A DNA stretch of 64,000 bases from Ostreococcus lucimarinus. Lineage: Eukaryota. Below the pieces are notes generated by a model. That model ran no database searches, was not told where the DNA came from, and saw nothing but the letters and a program-made list of their open reading frames with translations. The stretch lies in assembly GCA_000092065.1 (NCBI GenBank), contig CP000583.1; one strand, written 5' to 3'. The number at the start of each line of letters is the position of its first letter. Positions within the stretch are counted from its first letter, which is position 1. Of this stretch, positions 55,671-64,000 are shown in pieces. The position numbers and the translations under genes are program-made.

Positions 55671-56847
55671 TCACATCGGCACGTCTTCGACGTCTTCAAC
55701 TTTACCGTCATATTCTGGCTCTTCCACGACTGGTTGTTGTTCGTCCGATTCCGGTAATGCCGCAGTTGGATTTGTCTCGGTGGCTGGTTCGATGAGCGCC
55801 GCGGGGTGATCGCCCGAGACTTCCACTTGCACGGTGTGCGACTTGTTCGCTGATTCGTCGCGGTCGGCGGAGACGGTCAAGACGCCGTCAGCGCACGAGG
55901 CGCGAATGCTGTGGAAATCGATGTTTCGTGGCAAGCTTTGCTGAAACACGGCACGACCGTGAGAAGTTGCGATATTGATGTGAAGCATACGGTCGGCGGC
56001 CAAGCGGCAAGTGACCTTGTCGGCGGAGACGCCAGGCACGGATCTTCGAACCAAGGTGACGTTTTCCTTTGTAGAATCTTCCTCGACGACAGAGTTCACA
56101 CTGGAGACGATGATATCCATGGGAATAATCGCATGCGGATCCGCCATCTTAATGTTCAAAAGACCGTGGCGCACGGTGACGTCAATGTGCTTCACCTCGA
56201 GATCTGTCGGCAAGTTTTTAAACGTCTTGGCGAAGGTGCCAAACGTCTTCGAGTCGCCCCGAACGACCAACATATCCTCCGGTTTGTGCAAAGTCACGGT
56301 GATATCGCGTTCGCCAAAGCCCGGCACGCTCAAAGTTATCGTGCTCTCATCACCATCGTCGTCGGTTTCCATGTCTTCCTCGCCCTCCGCGATCGCCGCG
56401 CGCGCCGTCGCGTTGATGGGCACCCGAACGGCTTCCGACGTCTTCTTTAGCACCGCGATTCTCAGAATGCCATCGATGCACGACGCCTTGGGCGTGACGC
56501 TCATGTCGATGTATTTCGTCGGCAAGCCGAGCTCGGTCATCGAACGCTCGCCCGCGCTCACGCAAAGCTTGGCGTTCCCCCGGGCGTCCGTCGTCACGTG
56601 GACGTGGACGTCCTTCGCCGCCAGTCCCGGCGCGTGCGCCGAAATCAAAAATCCTCTTTTCGTCTCTTCCACCTTCGCGCGCCCGATCGCCCCTCGCATC
56701 GCGCGCATCGCGCGTCCATCTCGCACAAAATTGAAGTTCCCCTCGCCGACGTCTCGCATCACGTGCTCAAACATCGAATCGACATCGCTCGCCGCTCGCA
56801 TCATCGCACCCATCGCACCCATCGTCGGCATCATCGGCCCGAGCATC
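55671..56847 (-). CDS. Protein with three tandem Hsp20/alpha-crystallin-like domains and an acidic tail
   Basis: Three ACD-like modules (GFLISAHAPGLAAKDVHVHV...; ITLSVPGFGERDITVTL...; VTLVRRSVPGVSADKVTCRL...GVLTVSA). ATG re-anchored to 56847 (MLGPMMPTMGAMG); the upstream part of the 808-aa ORF is antisense to NFS1. Confidence 0.5.
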
Positions 56848-57161
56848 TTTTCCCTTGTTCTTGTTCTCTTTGTTTTCGTCCTGCGCCGTACGTCGAGTAC
56901 CGCGTGTGTTTGTTTTTTCGCGTTCGATTCCTCGCTCGCGCGCGTGTGACTTCGCGTCGAAGTCGCTGTGTTGCGTGTAGTTGTGACGCCGCGTCCTATG
57001 CGCGCGCGCCGTTTCGAGTCCTCCTCGCGTCCAACGCCCCTTGACGAGTCACGAATCATCAAAGACCCCCCTCGATTCTCGCGTAGTTTACTCGCGAACG
57101 TTCTAGAATCGTCGAGAATGTTCGCCGACGCCGCACTGCGCGAGGGCACCCCGCGCGCGAC

Positions 57162-58610
57162 ATGCGACGCGCGATCCGCGCGTTCGCGCGCGGCGCGCGC
57201 GCGATCGACGACGCGGCGTCGGCGTCGGCGTCGGCGACGGCGACGGCGACGGCGCGCGGGACGTCGCGCGGGACGCGCGCGGAATCGGGACGTCGATGGG
57301 ACGCGCGCGAGCGATCGCGGGCGCGAGGGATGTCGGCGCTGGCGCAGCCGGTGAGCGCGCCGATCGAACCGGAGTTTGAGATGAAAGGCGTGACGCTTCG
57401 CGGGCGGCCGCTGTACTTGGACATGCAGGCGACGACGCCGTTGGACCCGCGAGTGCTGGACGCGATGTTGCCCTATTTCACAGAGCAATACGGGAATCCG
57501 CACTCGAGAACGCACATGTACGGCTGGGAGACGGAGGATGCCATCGAAAAGGCGAGAGGAGAATTGGCGTCGCTCATCGGGGCGAACGCGAAGGAGATTG
57601 TGTTCACGAGCGGGGCGACGGAGTCGAACAACATGTCGCTCAAGGGGGTGGCGCGCTTTTACAAGGATAAAAAGAAGCACATAATCACAACGACGACGGA
57701 GCACAAGTGCGTGTTGGACTCGTGCAGACAGCTCGAACGTGAAGGTTTCGACGTGACGTATTTGCCCGTGAAGGAAAATGGATTGGTAGACTTGAAGGAG
57801 CTTGAAGCGGCGATGCGCGACGACACCGCCATCGTCTCCGTCATGGCGGTGAACAACGAAATAGGGGTGATTCAGCCTTTGAAAGCGATCGGTGAGCTTT
57901 GCCGATCGAAGAAAATATTTTTTCACACCGATGGCGCGCAAGCAGTTGGGAAGGTACCGATGGATGTGAACGATATGAACATCGACCTGATGTCGATTAG
58001 CGGGCACAAGTTTTACGGTCCCAAGGGGATCGGCGCTTTGTACGTCCGTCGTCGTCCTCGAGTTCGGATGGAGCCTATCATCAACGGCGGCGGTCAAGAG
58101 CGAGGGTTACGCTCGGGGACGCTACCGACCCCGCTCATCGTCGGTATCGGTGAAGCTGCTCGCGTGGCGCAGAAGGAGTTGCAGCGCGACGAAGAGCACG
58201 TCAACCGCTTGGCTAAGAGATTGATAGAGGGCATCGAATCTCGCGTCGAGCACACGCAATTAAACGGTGACCGTGAAGCGCGCTACCACGGCAACGTGAA
58301 CATGTCCTTTGCATACGTGGAGGGTGAATCCATGCTCATGGGACTTAAAGAAATCGCGGTGAGCAGCGGCAGCGCGTGCACGAGTGCGTCTTTAGAGCCA
58401 TCCTATGTTTTGCGTGCGCTCGGTGTGAACGAAGAGATGGCGCACACGTCGGTAAGATATGGATTAGGCCGATTCACTACTGAAGCCGAGGTCGATCGCG
58501 CCATCGAAGCCACAGTGCGTCAAGTCGAAAAGCTTCGTGAGATGTCTCCGCTCTGGGAGATGGTCCAGGAAGGCATAGATTTAAAGACGATCGAGTGGAG
58601 TCAACATTAA
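57162..58610 (+). CDS. NFS1: Cysteine desulfurase NFS1/IscS (group I, mitochondrial type)
   Basis: [48 protein letters not shown]...[20 protein letters not shown]...[22 protein letters not shown]-terminal presequence. Confidence 0.9.
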   Translation: MRRAIRAFARGARAIDDAASASASATATATARGTSRGTRAESGRRWDARERSRARGMSALAQPVSAPIEPEFEMKGVTLRGRPLYLDMQATTPLDPRVLDAMLPYFTEQYGNPHSRTHMYGWETEDAIEKARGELASLIGANAKEIVFTSGATESNNMSLKGVARFYKDKKKHIITTTTEHKCVLDSCRQLEREGFDVTYLPVKENGLVDLKELEAAMRDDTAIVSVMAVNNEIGVIQPLKAIGELCRSKKIFFHTDGAQAVGKVPMDVNDMNIDLMSISGHKFYGPKGIGALYVRRRPRVRMEPIINGGGQERGLRSGTLPTPLIVGIGEAARVAQKELQRDEEHVNRLAKRLIEGIESRVEHTQLNGDREARYHGNVNMSFAYVEGESMLMGLKEIAVSSGSACTSASLEPSYVLRALGVNEEMAHTSVRYGLGRFTTEAEVDRAIEATVRQVEKLREMSPLWEMVQEGIDLKTIEWSQH

Positions 58611-58791
58611 CAAGCTCGCGCGCGCGTCATTTTTCGTAGAATTCAATTAGTTCAGTTCATGTTATCATCACCACGTTTTGTTCGTAATATTCCTAAAAGT
58701 CTTGTATAAAAAGTTCGCGCTACTGGCCGAGCGCTCGGCGTCTAATATTCGTATTGTTAAACGTTCGCTTGGTAATCGACACCGTCGTTTA

Positions 58792-59295
58792 TTACGCAGA
58801 CGGTGCCGCATTCTTGTTCCCCGCATCACCCCTTCTAGCTTCATGCTTCTTCGCCTGCGCCTGGTGGAAAGCTTTTGCCATTTTCTTCTTCATCGGCATC
58901 GTCGCCTCTCGCTTGAAGCTCATGGTCGGCTTTCGCTTCCGCGCTGGGGAAGAAGTCCCCATACCAGGTTCTTGGTAACCCGGCGACGTGACGTCCAAAA
59001 CAGAGCTCGACATCGCCAATTCGATTCGAATCTGCGTGGCTTTGGCGTTCTTCACCGTCACCGGCGCGTACGTCGTGCACTGATGCACCCCCAGCATCGA
59101 TCTCTTCACCAGTTCCGCCGCCGCCACCGTCTTGCTCACCTGTAACCCAACACCAACCAGCGCCACGACCTCCGCGGTGCCTTCCTCCAGCGCTTTCACC
59201 GCTTGCTGGGCGCGTTCGCGCGCGTCCGAATCCGCGACCACCTCCACGTCCACCGTCTTCGCCGTCGCCTTCGTCTCTCGCTTCGCGTTCGCCAT
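58792..59295 (-). CDS. Alba-like nucleic-acid-binding protein (Alba/Rpp20/Rpp25 fold), tentative
   Basis: AQQAVKALEEGTAEVVALVGVGLQVSKTVAAAELVKRSMLGVHQCTTYAPVTV...IRIELA has the Alba-like pattern. Basic C-terminus. First ATG at 59295. Confidence 0.45.
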   Translation of the reverse strand: MANAKRETKATAKTVDVEVVADSDARERAQQAVKALEEGTAEVVALVGVGLQVSKTVAAAELVKRSMLGVHQCTTYAPVTVKNAKATQIRIELAMSSSVLDVTSPGYQEPGMGTSSPARKRKPTMSFKREATMPMKKKMAKAFHQAQAKKHEARRGDAGNKNAAPSA

Positions 59296-59671
59296 GTTCT
59301 GCGACACAAAGACGTACGAGTTTTCGTTCTCAGCCTTCTTTCGATGCGCGCGTCCTTCAAATCGAGCGTTCGCGGGAGATTCGCGAATCGAATTTCAAAT
59401 TTGACTGTTTGCGAGCGGCACCAGACGAGACGTTTTCTCGCGGATATCCACGTCGCGCGCGGACGTTGACGATCGCGAGCGCGTCTAGCGACGTGCGTGA
59501 GGAGGTTTAGTCTCCGGGCGAGCGTTGACGGCGAGCGATTCACGCGTCGCGTCGTGCGGAGTGCTTTCGCGAGAATTTCGCATTTGCTGACGCGGCTCGA
59601 GATATTTCGGGTGTGGGATGTGAGACGCGCGCGCGAGAGCTAGAAATCTCCAAATGTCTAAAAACGCTAGG

Positions 59672-61327
59672 CTAAGGGTAACGGACGCGATGCACGGTTA
59701 ATTGAAGGGATTTCTTGACGAGCGCGAAGCGCTCGCGGCGGTTGCCAGACGCGAAGGCGTCGAAGACGTCGTCGAGGTGGTCCAAGGAGAGGTGCGGAAA
59801 GATGGATAAGACGCGCTCATAGTCCAAATTCTGTGTGCGTTCGCGCAGACGTTCGAACGCGAGGGCGGGAGCGATGATGATGATATTCTTGGCCGAAGTC
59901 GTGCACATGGGCTGGTCAGCGACGCAAACGCCCTTGGAAGTGGCGGCGAGGAGGAGTTCCCGCACGTCATCGACGCTCGCGCCGGCGGCGTCATAGACCG
60001 AAACGAGATCGGACTCACCGCTCGATTGGGCGAGAATCGAGAGCGGGGGTGAATATGTCTTCCAGAATAGCGCGAAGCGTCCGCTCGAGCCGCCATCGAA
60101 TGCGGCATCTGTTTTCGCTAGAGTTCGCATCGAGCGCACGACTCCGCCTTGATGTAATACGCCAAATAAACACGCCAATAGCGCGTTAATTGCGATCCAG
60201 ATCGCGAACAATCGCCGCTTTCGAGAAACTAATGTACTTCTCGAGTAGTGCGCCGCCAAGACGCACATAGGAAGAATCATCGGCGTCAGAAATCGAGGCT
60301 CTTGATGCGGCGCAAGCGAAAGCGCCGCGAGAGGAAACAAAACACTCGCCCAAAGAGTTCGCACGATTAAATCTCTCGACGATGCGTCTCGTCTTCTTCG
60401 CATCAGTGCACTGAGACTGACGAGCCACAGCACGCTGAACATCAAAGGACCATTGACGAGGACGTGCAAATACCTAGGATGTAAACCGTGCCGCGCTAAG
60501 TTATCGGCGTTGACGTTATATCTGAACGAGTTCCACGGCGTGATGATCCAGTTCTTTGACGTCCAAACCCACACATTGAGCATATTCGTATCGCTAAAGT
60601 ATGCCGTGTCGATCACGATGCACACCACCGCGGTGAGAATCGCCGCCATCGCACCACTCCAAACGCCGACCAACATCGTCAGTGGCGACTTTTCTCGCGC
60701 TCTCGCAACCACATACACCGCCCAAGGCGCGATGAACGCACCGCTCGTAAACCTTATAAAACTACTCACCATCCCTATCGTGCCGATAGCGACACAGCGC
60801 GAGACGGGTCCTAAATACTTGCGTTCAGTTGTCGCGACAAGCGCGCAAGCCGCTGTCGCATATGTCTCCAAAGAATTACTAAAAGGCCGAACGAGCAGCA
60901 CTAAAGTCACCCAAGATGTCGCAAACAATACACCCGCTTCATTCACCGCCCCAGTCGTCGCCGATCCCACCGCCCTCGCGCACGATACCACCGCCAAGTC
61001 AACCGTAGCCGACGCCGCGCACAGCGCCAACCGCGGCGCATACGTCGTCACCCACGATACGTCTAACGCGGCGCCCGTCGCCCGCGCGATCGCGCACGCG
61101 ATGAGATACGATAATCCACTACTCGCGTACGCGCCTAAGATTGATCTTGCGGGCGCGTCGGCGGTGTATTCCCACGGCAACTGCGTCTCTGTCCCGAACA
61201 CGTTCGCAGCGGTGACTTCGTTGGATTGAAACCACTCATCCGGATGGACGTATCCAGGCGCGAACGCAAACGCGAGTCTCAAGAGTGCGAGACCGACAAG
61301 CGTGGCGCGCGCGAGGGTCTCACCCAT
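59672..61327 (-). CDS. GT22-family mannosyltransferase (GPI mannosyltransferase PIG-Z/SMP3-like)
   Basis: Signature HPDEWFQSNEV near the N-terminus. Multi-TM protein. ATG at 61327. Confidence 0.65.
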   Translation of the reverse strand: MGETLARATLVGLALLRLAFAFAPGYVHPDEWFQSNEVTAANVFGTETQLPWEYTADAPARSILGAYASSGLSYLIACAIARATGAALDVSWVTTYAPRLALCAASATVDLAVVSCARAVGSATTGAVNEAGVLFATSWVTLVLLVRPFSNSLETYATAACALVATTERKYLGPVSRCVAIGTIGMVSSFIRFTSGAFIAPWAVYVVARAREKSPLTMLVGVWSGAMAAILTAVVCIVIDTAYFSDTNMLNVWVWTSKNWIITPWNSFRYNVNADNLARHGLHPRYLHVLVNGPLMFSVLWLVSLSALMRRRRDASSRDLIVRTLWASVLFPLAALSLAPHQEPRFLTPMILPMCVLAAHYSRSTLVSRKRRLFAIWIAINALLACLFGVLHQGGVVRSMRTLAKTDAAFDGGSSGRFALFWKTYSPPLSILAQSSGESDLVSVYDAAGASVDDVRELLLAATSKGVCVADQPMCTTSAKNIIIIAPALAFERLRERTQNLDYERVLSIFPHLSLDHLDDVFDAFASGNRRERFALVKKSLQLTVHRVRYP

Positions 61328-61397
61328 CGCGCGCGCGTCTATGCAGGGACAGTTGCGTGTGCTTACGTTGCTAGTACGCGCTAAATCTATTCTACGT

Positions 61398-62237
61398 CTA
61401 GTCTCTGAGGTCGAAGCCGTAATCTAACCCTCTGCGCTCGTCTACGATCATTGAATTCCCTGAAATGATCTTCCCGTGCCGGTTTTTCACCCGCGCCACG
61501 TAATCATCGTAGCCGTCGGTGTACTCGACTCGGCGAATGCTAGTCCCGTATCCTGTGAGCTTGGTAAGAGACTCACACGATTTGAACACCTCACTCGGTA
61601 TGGTGTGCACACCGACGTTGTCATCGATGTTAAGCTTTCGAAGCCTTTTTAATCGCCCCAGCGCGGCGGGGATGACGGTGAGTGCGCACGCGCTCGCGTC
61701 GATTTCCTCGAGTCGCTCGCAGTCGGCGAGCGCATCCAACGCGCTCGAATCGAGCGACTTATTCCTCGCAAACTTCACCGTCGTCAGCGCGATACACGTC
61801 GAAATCGTCGTAGGAATCGTCGATAACTCGCATTCACACGCACTGAGCGTCTGCAGCGCCTTTAACGATCCGATGGTCGCCGGCAGCGCGCGCAGTCGGT
61901 TGCCGTCGACGATGAGCGTCTTGAGCTTTACCAGCGCCCCGATTTCATCCGGTAGCGTCTCTATGACGTTCGCCGCGAGCACAAGACGCGTAATGTTGAC
62001 GCAATTTCCAATTTCTCGCGGTATCTCGCGCAGCTTGTTGTTCGTCGCGTCGAGATTGCGAAGTTTCAGTGCGAATTCACGCTCTCTGTCGAACAACTTT
62101 TGTGGCAGCTCGCGCAAGTTCGCATCGCGCAGGGCGACGATTCCAGTGCTTTTCCACGCATTTTCTCGAGATTCTGTTTTCGATTTCGCCGCAGGCGCGC
62201 GCTTAGACGTTTGGGGAGCGCTCGCGACACAGCCCAT
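61398..62237 (-). CDS. Leucine-rich-repeat protein (LRRC57/SHOC2-like) with a predicted N-terminal myristoylation/palmitoylation site MGC
   Basis: About 9 LRRs (LxxLxLxxNxLxxIPxxIG). Starts MGCVASAP. Confidence 0.7.
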   Translation of the reverse strand: MGCVASAPQTSKRAPAAKSKTESRENAWKSTGIVALRDANLRELPQKLFDREREFALKLRNLDATNNKLREIPREIGNCVNITRLVLAANVIETLPDEIGALVKLKTLIVDGNRLRALPATIGSLKALQTLSACECELSTIPTTISTCIALTTVKFARNKSLDSSALDALADCERLEEIDASACALTVIPAALGRLKRLRKLNIDDNVGVHTIPSEVFKSCESLTKLTGYGTSIRRVEYTDGYDDYVARVKNRHGKIISGNSMIVDERRGLDYGFDLRD

Positions 62238-62347
62238 GTCTCATAGTGAGGACGGCTGGCGCCCGCGAGGCGACGGCAAGAAAGTTTCGCATTGTAATCG
62301 CAGCTGATTACTACATCGCTAAATGGCTATGATGACAGCGTACGCGA

Positions 62348-64000
62348 TCACTTCTTTTCCTTTTCCTTTTTCTCCTTGGACTTGGACTTGCCTTTCCACT
62401 TTTTCGGTAGCGGCGGCATCGCCTCGTCGTCATTTTTCTTGCGCGGCGTCTTCTTGCGCTTCTTCTTGTCGGGCGCGTACACTTTCGGGTCCGCACCCAT
62501 AGGCATGTCAAGAGGCGCACGTCGCGGATTGTCTTCTTTGCCGTCTTTACGCTTCCGACGGCGCAAACCCTTCTCGCCGGTGTGATTCAACATCCACTCT
62601 GGCACTTCGCAGCCGCTATTCTTCATCACGTTGGCGATCGGTTTCAAGTCTCCTCTTTGCGCGTCTTCTTCGGTGAAAAACGTAATCGCAGCTCCAGGAC
62701 GACCCGCGCGACCACTACGACCGATGCGATGGATGTAACTCGTGGGAGAACCAGGAAAATCAAAGTTGATGACGGTGGAGACACCGACGAAATCCATCCC
62801 GCGCGCCATTAAATCCGTCGCGATAAGAACCCACGTCTCGCCCATGCGGAATCGATCGACTTGCTCTTCGCGCTTAGAATCTGACATTTCGGCGTGAATC
62901 AGTCCGATGTGTAATCCATCGCCCGTGAGCTCTTTAGCGAGATGCTTCGCTCGCTCCTTTGACTGCGTGAAAATAATAACCGGTGGCTTGATGCCTTCGC
63001 GAATGATTTGACGTAACGCCAACAGCTTCCCCGCCTCGTGCCCACAAAATACCATACGCTGTGAAATCGTATTCGACGCGCTATTTCGCTCACCCACGGT
63101 GAGCCGAATCGGGCGCGCCATGACGCTTCGCGCGAGTTCCTCTACTTTTTCGGGCAGCGTCGCGCTGAACAACGCGCGGGTCACGTCTTTGTTGTCGCAC
63201 GCCGCGACAACGGCGTCAATCTGCTCGACAAAACCCATCTCGAAGAGTTTATCCGCCTCATCCAACACGAGATAAAGCACCTTGGATAAATCAATCTTGT
63301 CGTGCTGCAACAAAATCTTGAGTCGCATCGGCGTCGCGACGACGATGTCCACCTTGCTAAAATCGTTCCCAGCCGTCGCTTTCGTCAACAGACACGACTT
63401 CAACCCACTGACTCCTCGCGAGAGAATGCGTAAGATTCGCGCCGACTGCCCCGCGAGCTCCTTGGTGGGCGCGAGCAAGAGCGCTCGCGCGCCGCCCTCT
63501 TCGTGCGTTCCGAGCTTCATGATAATCGGCAACAGAAACGCCAGAGTTTTACCGCTCCCCGTGGGCGCGATGGCGAGTAATTCGCTCCCCGAGCACAAGA
63601 TCGGCACCGCTTGACGCTGAATCGGCGTCGGTTCTTTGAAATTCGCCTCGCGCATGCGCTCGAGCAGGCGCCGGCCGCACTTGTACCTCTCGTGCAGTTC
63701 CTCAAATCCTTGCAACGGCGCTGGACACGCCCCGTCCGCGCCTTGCACGCGCATCTTCAGACGTTTTCGCATCGCGTTTGCCTCGTTGTCCGCGAGCGGG
63801 GTCCACGACGTCGAGACGTCGCGCGCGTCGCGCCCAGCGTCCGAATCCGATTCGTCCGAGTCCGAGCCCGACTCGTCGTCGTCGTCGTCCGAATCCGCGC
63901 GCGCGGCGCGCGAACCCTCGTCCTCGTCGCGTTTTGCGTCCTCACCGCGTCCTTCCGCGAAGCTTCGCGCCACCGCCGCGTCCACGGGCTTGAAGTTTTT
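62348..64000 (-). CDS. DEAD-box RNA helicase, DDX52/ROK1-like; 5' end runs off the window (no ATG in frame)
   Basis: Q-motif TPIQRQAVP, Walker A APTGSGKT, DEAD (LVLDEADKLFEMGF), SAT, HRIGRSGRAGRPG. Acidic Ser/Asp-rich N-terminal region. Basic C-terminal tail. Confidence 0.8.
   Translation of the reverse strand, partial: KNFKPVDAAVARSFAEGRGEDAKRDEDEGSRAARADSDDDDDESGSDSDESDSDAGRDARDVSTSWTPLADNEANAMRKRLKMRVQGADGACPAPLQGFEELHERYKCGRRLLERMREANFKEPTPIQRQAVPILCSGSELLAIAPTGSGKTLAFLLPIIMKLGTHEEGGARALLLAPTKELAGQSARILRILSRGVSGLKSCLLTKATAGNDFSKVDIVVATPMRLKILLQHDKIDLSKVLYLVLDEADKLFEMGFVEQIDAVVAACDNKDVTRALFSATLPEKVEELARSVMARPIRLTVGERNSASNTISQRMVFCGHEAGKLLALRQIIREGIKPPVIIFTQSKERAKHLAKELTGDGLHIGLIHAEMSDSKREEQVDRFRMGETWVLIATDLMARGMDFVGVSTVINFDFPGSPTSYIHRIGRSGRAGRPGAAITFFTEEDAQRGDLKPIANVMKNSGCEVPEWMLNHTGEKGLRRRKRKDGKEDNPRRAPLDMPMGADPKVYAPDKKKRKKTPRKKNDDEAMPPLPKKWKGKSKSKEKKEKEKK

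Noticed and set aside
57000-58097. The upstream 400 aa of the 808-aa minus ORF that contains the triple-ACD protein.
   Set aside because: Arginine-rich and antisense to the highly conserved NFS1 gene. The real gene was re-anchored to the internal ATG at 56847.
1-64000. Search for tRNA, rRNA or snRNA genes (T-loop GGTTCGAATCC-like boxes, cloverleaf candidates in ORF-free gaps).
   Set aside because: No convincing A/B-box or T-loop matches were found by eye in the non-coding gaps. I cannot exclude small ncRNAs without a covariance-model scan such as tRNAscan-SE or Infernal.
1-64000. Interpretation as a bacterial defence or biosynthetic operon.
   Set aside because: The genes have spliceosomal introns and eukaryote-specific families (cyclin H, COG2, GPKOW, DCN1, PDK1). 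They also carry transit peptides, and their orientations alternate. The locus is nuclear eukaryotic, not an operon.

Overview
This window is a very gene-dense stretch of nuclear DNA from a photosynthetic eukaryote; it is not prokaryotic. About 45 protein-coding genes sit on both strands. Most are single long exons. A few carry short spliceosomal introns of 63-164 nt, with GT(A/G)(C/A)GT donors, a CTGAC-like branch site 17-35 nt upstream, and (C/T)AG acceptors. Coding sequence is moderately GC-rich and 3' flanks are AT-richer, with TGTAA-like poly(A) signals at some ends, which is a weak hint of a green-lineage alga. 5' flanks and divergent promoters are extremely GC-rich CpG islands full of microsatellites and (CG)n runs. 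Convergent genes end 13-80 bp apart, and several divergent gene pairs have start codons only 0-100 bp apart.

Plastid-related nuclear genes show that the organism is photosynthetic. These are an LHC-like (ExxNGRxAMxG) protein, a bacterial-type IF-2 with a transit peptide and an RGG-rich N-terminus, an ALB3/YidC insertase, a PsbP-domain protein with a twin-arginine signal, an LTO1-type thioredoxin domain with a twin-arginine signal, a plastidic-type sugar transporter, and a TilS-like lysidine synthetase fused to DUF924.

Housekeeping genes include OGDH E1, NFS1 and its partner ISD11/LYRM4, PDK1-like kinase, cyclin H, GPKOW, a DCN1-like protein, COG2, an RGP1-like protein, a PAP2 phosphatase, a GT22 mannosyltransferase, a DDX52-like helicase, an exosome RNase-PH subunit, an NDUFAF3-like protein, seipin, an ABC1 kinase, a WDR55-like protein and a double-AP2 transcription factor.

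I found no rRNA, tRNA, transposon or CRISPR. Many arginine-rich ORFs in the six-frame track are antisense or GC-repeat artefacts. The six-frame track calls some non-ATG starts, so I re-anchored starts to the first plausible ATG. The displayed coordinates near 34.8-35.3 kb disagree with the ORF track by 1-2 nt, so features there are approximate.
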